Source of the DNA: Eledone cirrhosa
Taxonomy: Eukaryota
DNA length: 64,000 bases
Direction: 5' to 3'
NCBI GenBank assembly: GCA_964016885.1
Contig: OZ024753.1
Span: 17,732,001 to 17,796,000, forward strand
The first letter of the stretch is position 1; each line of letters starts with the position of its first letter. Under the pieces are notes generated by a model. That model made no database searches and was not told the DNA's origin. It was given only the letters and a program-made list of their open reading frames with translations. Positions 60,801-64,000 of the stretch are shown piece after piece. Made by a program: the position numbers and the translations under genes.

Positions 60801-63800
60801 CTGTAGATTTCTGTAGCACTAGTCTAACTACTAGCTGTAGTTGTCTGTAGCAATCAGTAGCACTAGTCTAACTACTAGCTGTAGTAGTCTGTAGCACTAG
60901 TCTAACTACTAACTGTAGTTGTCTGTAGCAATCAGTAGCACTAGTCTAACTACTAGCTGTAGTAGTCTGTAGCACTAGTCTAACTACTAACTGTAGTTGT
61001 CTGTAGCAATCTGTAGCACTAGTCTAACTACTAGCTGTAGTGGTCTGTAGCAATCTGTAGCACTAGTCTAACTACTAGCTGTAGTGGTCTGTAGCACTAG
61101 TCTAACTACTAGCTGTGGTTGTCTGTAGCACTAGTCTAACTACTAGCTGTAGTGGTCTGTAGCACTAGTCTAACTACTAGCTGTAGTGTTCTGTATCACT
61201 AGTCTAACTACTAGCTGTAGTGGTCTGTAGCACTAGTCTAACTACTAGCTGTAGTGGTCTGTAGCACTAGTCTAACTACTAGCTGTAGTGGTCTGTAGCA
61301 CTAGTCTAACTACTAGCTGTAGTGTTCTGTATCACTAGTCTAACTACTAGCTGTTGTGGTCTGTAGCACTAGTCTAACTACTAGCTGTAGTGGTCTGTAG
61401 CACTAGTCTAACTACTAGCTGTAGTGTTCTGTAGCACTAGTCTAACTACTAGCTGTAGTGTTCTGTATCACTAGTCTAACTACTAGCTGTAATGGTCTGT
61501 AGCACTGGTATAACTACTAGCTGAAGTGGTCTGTAGCACTAGTCTAACTACTAGCTGTAGTGGTCTGTAGCACTAGTCTAACTACTAGCTGTAGTGTTCT
61601 GTAGCACTAGTCTAACTACTAGCTGTAGTGTTATGTAGCACTAGTCTAACTACTAGCTGTAGTGTTATGTAGCACTAGTCTAACTACTAGCTGTAGTGTT
61701 ATGTATCACTAGTCTAACTACTAGCTGTAGTGTTCTGTAGCACTAGTCTATCTACTAGCTGTAATGGTCTGTAGCACTAGTCTAACTACTATCTGTAGTG
61801 TTCTGTATCACTAGTCTAACTACTAGCTGTAGTGGTCTGTAGCACTAGTCTAACTACTAGCTGTAGTGGTCTGTAGCACTAGTCTAACTACTAGCTGTAG
61901 TGTTCTGTAGCACTAGTCTAACTACTAGCTGTAGTGTTCTGTAGCAATCTGTAACACTAGTCTAACTACTAGCTGTAGTGGTCTGTAGCACTTGTCTATC
62001 TATTAGCTGTAGTGGTCTGTAGCAATCTGTAGCGGTAGTCTAACTACTAGCTGTAATGGTCTGTAGCACTTGTCTATCTATTAGCTGTAGTGGTCTGTAG
62101 CAATCTGTAGCGCTAGTCTAACTACTAGCTGAAGTGTTCTGTAGCACTAGTCTAACTACTAGCTGTAGTGGTCTGTAGCACTAGTCTAACTACTAGCTGT
62201 AGTGGTCTGTAGCACTAGTCTAACTACTAGCTGTAGTGGTCTGTAGCACTAGTCTAACTACTAGCTGTAGTTTTCTGTAGCACTAGTCTAACTACTAGCT
62301 GTAGTGTTCTGTAGCACTAGTCTAACTACTAGCTGTAGTAGTCTGTAGCACTAGTCTAACTACTAGCTGTAGTGTTCTGTAGCACTAGTTTAACTACTAG
62401 CTGTAGTTTTCTGTAGCACTAGTCAAACTACTAGCTGTAGTTGTCTGTAGCACTAGTCTAACTACTAGCTGTAGTGGTCTGTAGCACTTGTCTATCTATT
62501 AGCTGTAGTGGTCTGTAGCAATCTGTAGCGCTAGTCTAACTACTAGCTGTAGTGGTCTGTAGCACTAGTCTAACTACTAGCTGTAGTAATATGTAGCACT
62601 AGTCTAACTACTAGCTGTAGTGGTCTGTAGCACTAGTCTAACTACTAGCTATAGTTGTCTGTAGCACTAGTCTAACTACTAGTTGTAGTGGTCTGTAACA
62701 CTAGTCTAACTACTAGCTGTAGTGGTCTGTAGCACTAGTCCAACTACTAGCTGTAGTTTTCTGTAGCAATCTGTAGTACTAGTCTAACTACTAGCTGTAG
62801 TAGTCTGTAGCACTAGTCTAACTACTAACTGTAGTTGTCTGTAGCAATCTGTAGTACTAGACTAACTACTAGCTGTAGTGGTCTGTAGCAATCTGTAGCA
62901 CTAGTCTAACTACTAGCTGTAGTAGTCTGTAGCACTAGTCTAACTACTAACTGTAGTTGTCTGTAGCAATCTGTAGTACTAGACTAACTACTAGCTGTAG
63001 TGGTCTGTAGCAATCTGTAGCACTAGTCTAACTACTAGCTGTAGTGATCTGTAGCACTAGTCTAACTACTAGCTGTGGTGGTCTGTAGCACTAGTCTAAC
63101 TACTAGCTGTAGTGTTCTGTATCACTAGTCTAACTACTAGCTGTAGTGTTCTGTATGACTGGTTTAACTACTAGCTGTAGTGTTCTGTAGCACTAGTCTA
63201 ACTACTAGCTGTAGTGGTCTGTAGCACTAGTCTAAATACTAGCTGTAGTTTTCTGTAGCACTAGTCTAACTACTAGCTGTAATGTTCTGCAGCACTAGTC
63301 TAACTGCTAGCTGTAGTGGTCTGTAGCACTAGTCTAACTACTAACTATACTGTTCTGTAGCACTAGTCTAACTACTAGCTGTAGTGGTCTGTAGCACTAG
63401 TCTAACTACTAGCTGTAGTGGTCTGTAACACTAGTCTAACTACTAGCTGTAGTGGTCTGTAGCACTAGTCTAACTACTAGCTGTAGTAATATGTAGCACT
63501 AGTCTAACTACTAGCTATAGTGGTCTGTAGCACTAGTCTAACTACTAGCTGTAGTGGTCTGTAGCACTAGTCTAACTACTGGCTGTAGTGGTCTGTAGCA
63601 CTAGTCTAACTACTAGCTGTAGTTTTCTGTAGCACTAGTCTAACTACTAGCTGTATTGGTCTGTAGCAATCAGTAGCACTAGTCTAACTACTAGCTGTAT
63701 TGGTCTGTAGCAATCAGTAGCACTAGTCTAACTACTAGCTGTAGTAGTCTGTAGCACTAGTCTAACTACTAACTGTAGTTGTCTGTAGCAATCTGTAGCA

Positions 63801-64000
63801 CTAGTCTAACTACTAGCTGTAGTGGTCTGTAGCAATCTGTAGCTCTAGTCTAACTACTAGCTGTAGTGGTCTGTAGCACTAGTCTAACTACTAGCTGTGG
63901 TTGTCTGTAGCACTAGTCTAACTACTAGCTGTGGTGGTCTGTAGCACTAGTCTAACTACTAGCTGTAGTGTTCTGTATCACTAGTCTAACTACTAGCTGT
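15871..64000. repeat. 34-bp satellite array (CTGTAGCACTAGTCTAACTACTAGCTGTAGTG[G/T]T), >48 kb, about 1,400 monomers, continuing past the window edge
   Basis: Head-to-tail tandem repeat in one orientation. 44-bp variants arise from an extra 10-bp CTGTAGCAAT. No foreign insertion was seen. Confidence 0.99.

Noticed and set aside
15871-64000. CRISPR-like array (34-bp repeat with a hairpin)
   Set aside because: The repeats are directly adjacent with no unique spacers, there are no cas genes, and the context is eukaryotic.
15871-64000. Repetitive protein gene or telomeric repeat
   Set aside because: Stops occur in all six frames, and there is no TTAGGG-like short G-rich unit.

Overview
Eukaryotic, gene-poor, repeat-dominated DNA. 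The tRNA-headed SINE family and heavy (TA)n load suggest an octopod cephalopod (inference). Bases 1-15.9 kb are a mosaic of (TA)n/(CT)n/(CTA)n microsatellites, decayed Penelope-like retroelement (PLE) pieces, SINEs and a non-autonomous Helitron. The same region holds at least four distinct minimal type-I hammerhead ribozyme (HHR) candidates, three 300-470 bp fold-back palindromes, a 22-bp minisatellite and a few weak exon-like segments. From about 15,871 to the end of the window is one uninterrupted 34-bp satellite (about 1,400 monomers) with 44-bp variants and nested ~3.6 kb and ~17 kb duplications. It starts 10 nt into the intron that follows a candidate 9-nt microexon. Almost all ORFs in the supplied track are translations of microsatellites. 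No intact protein-coding gene can be supported.
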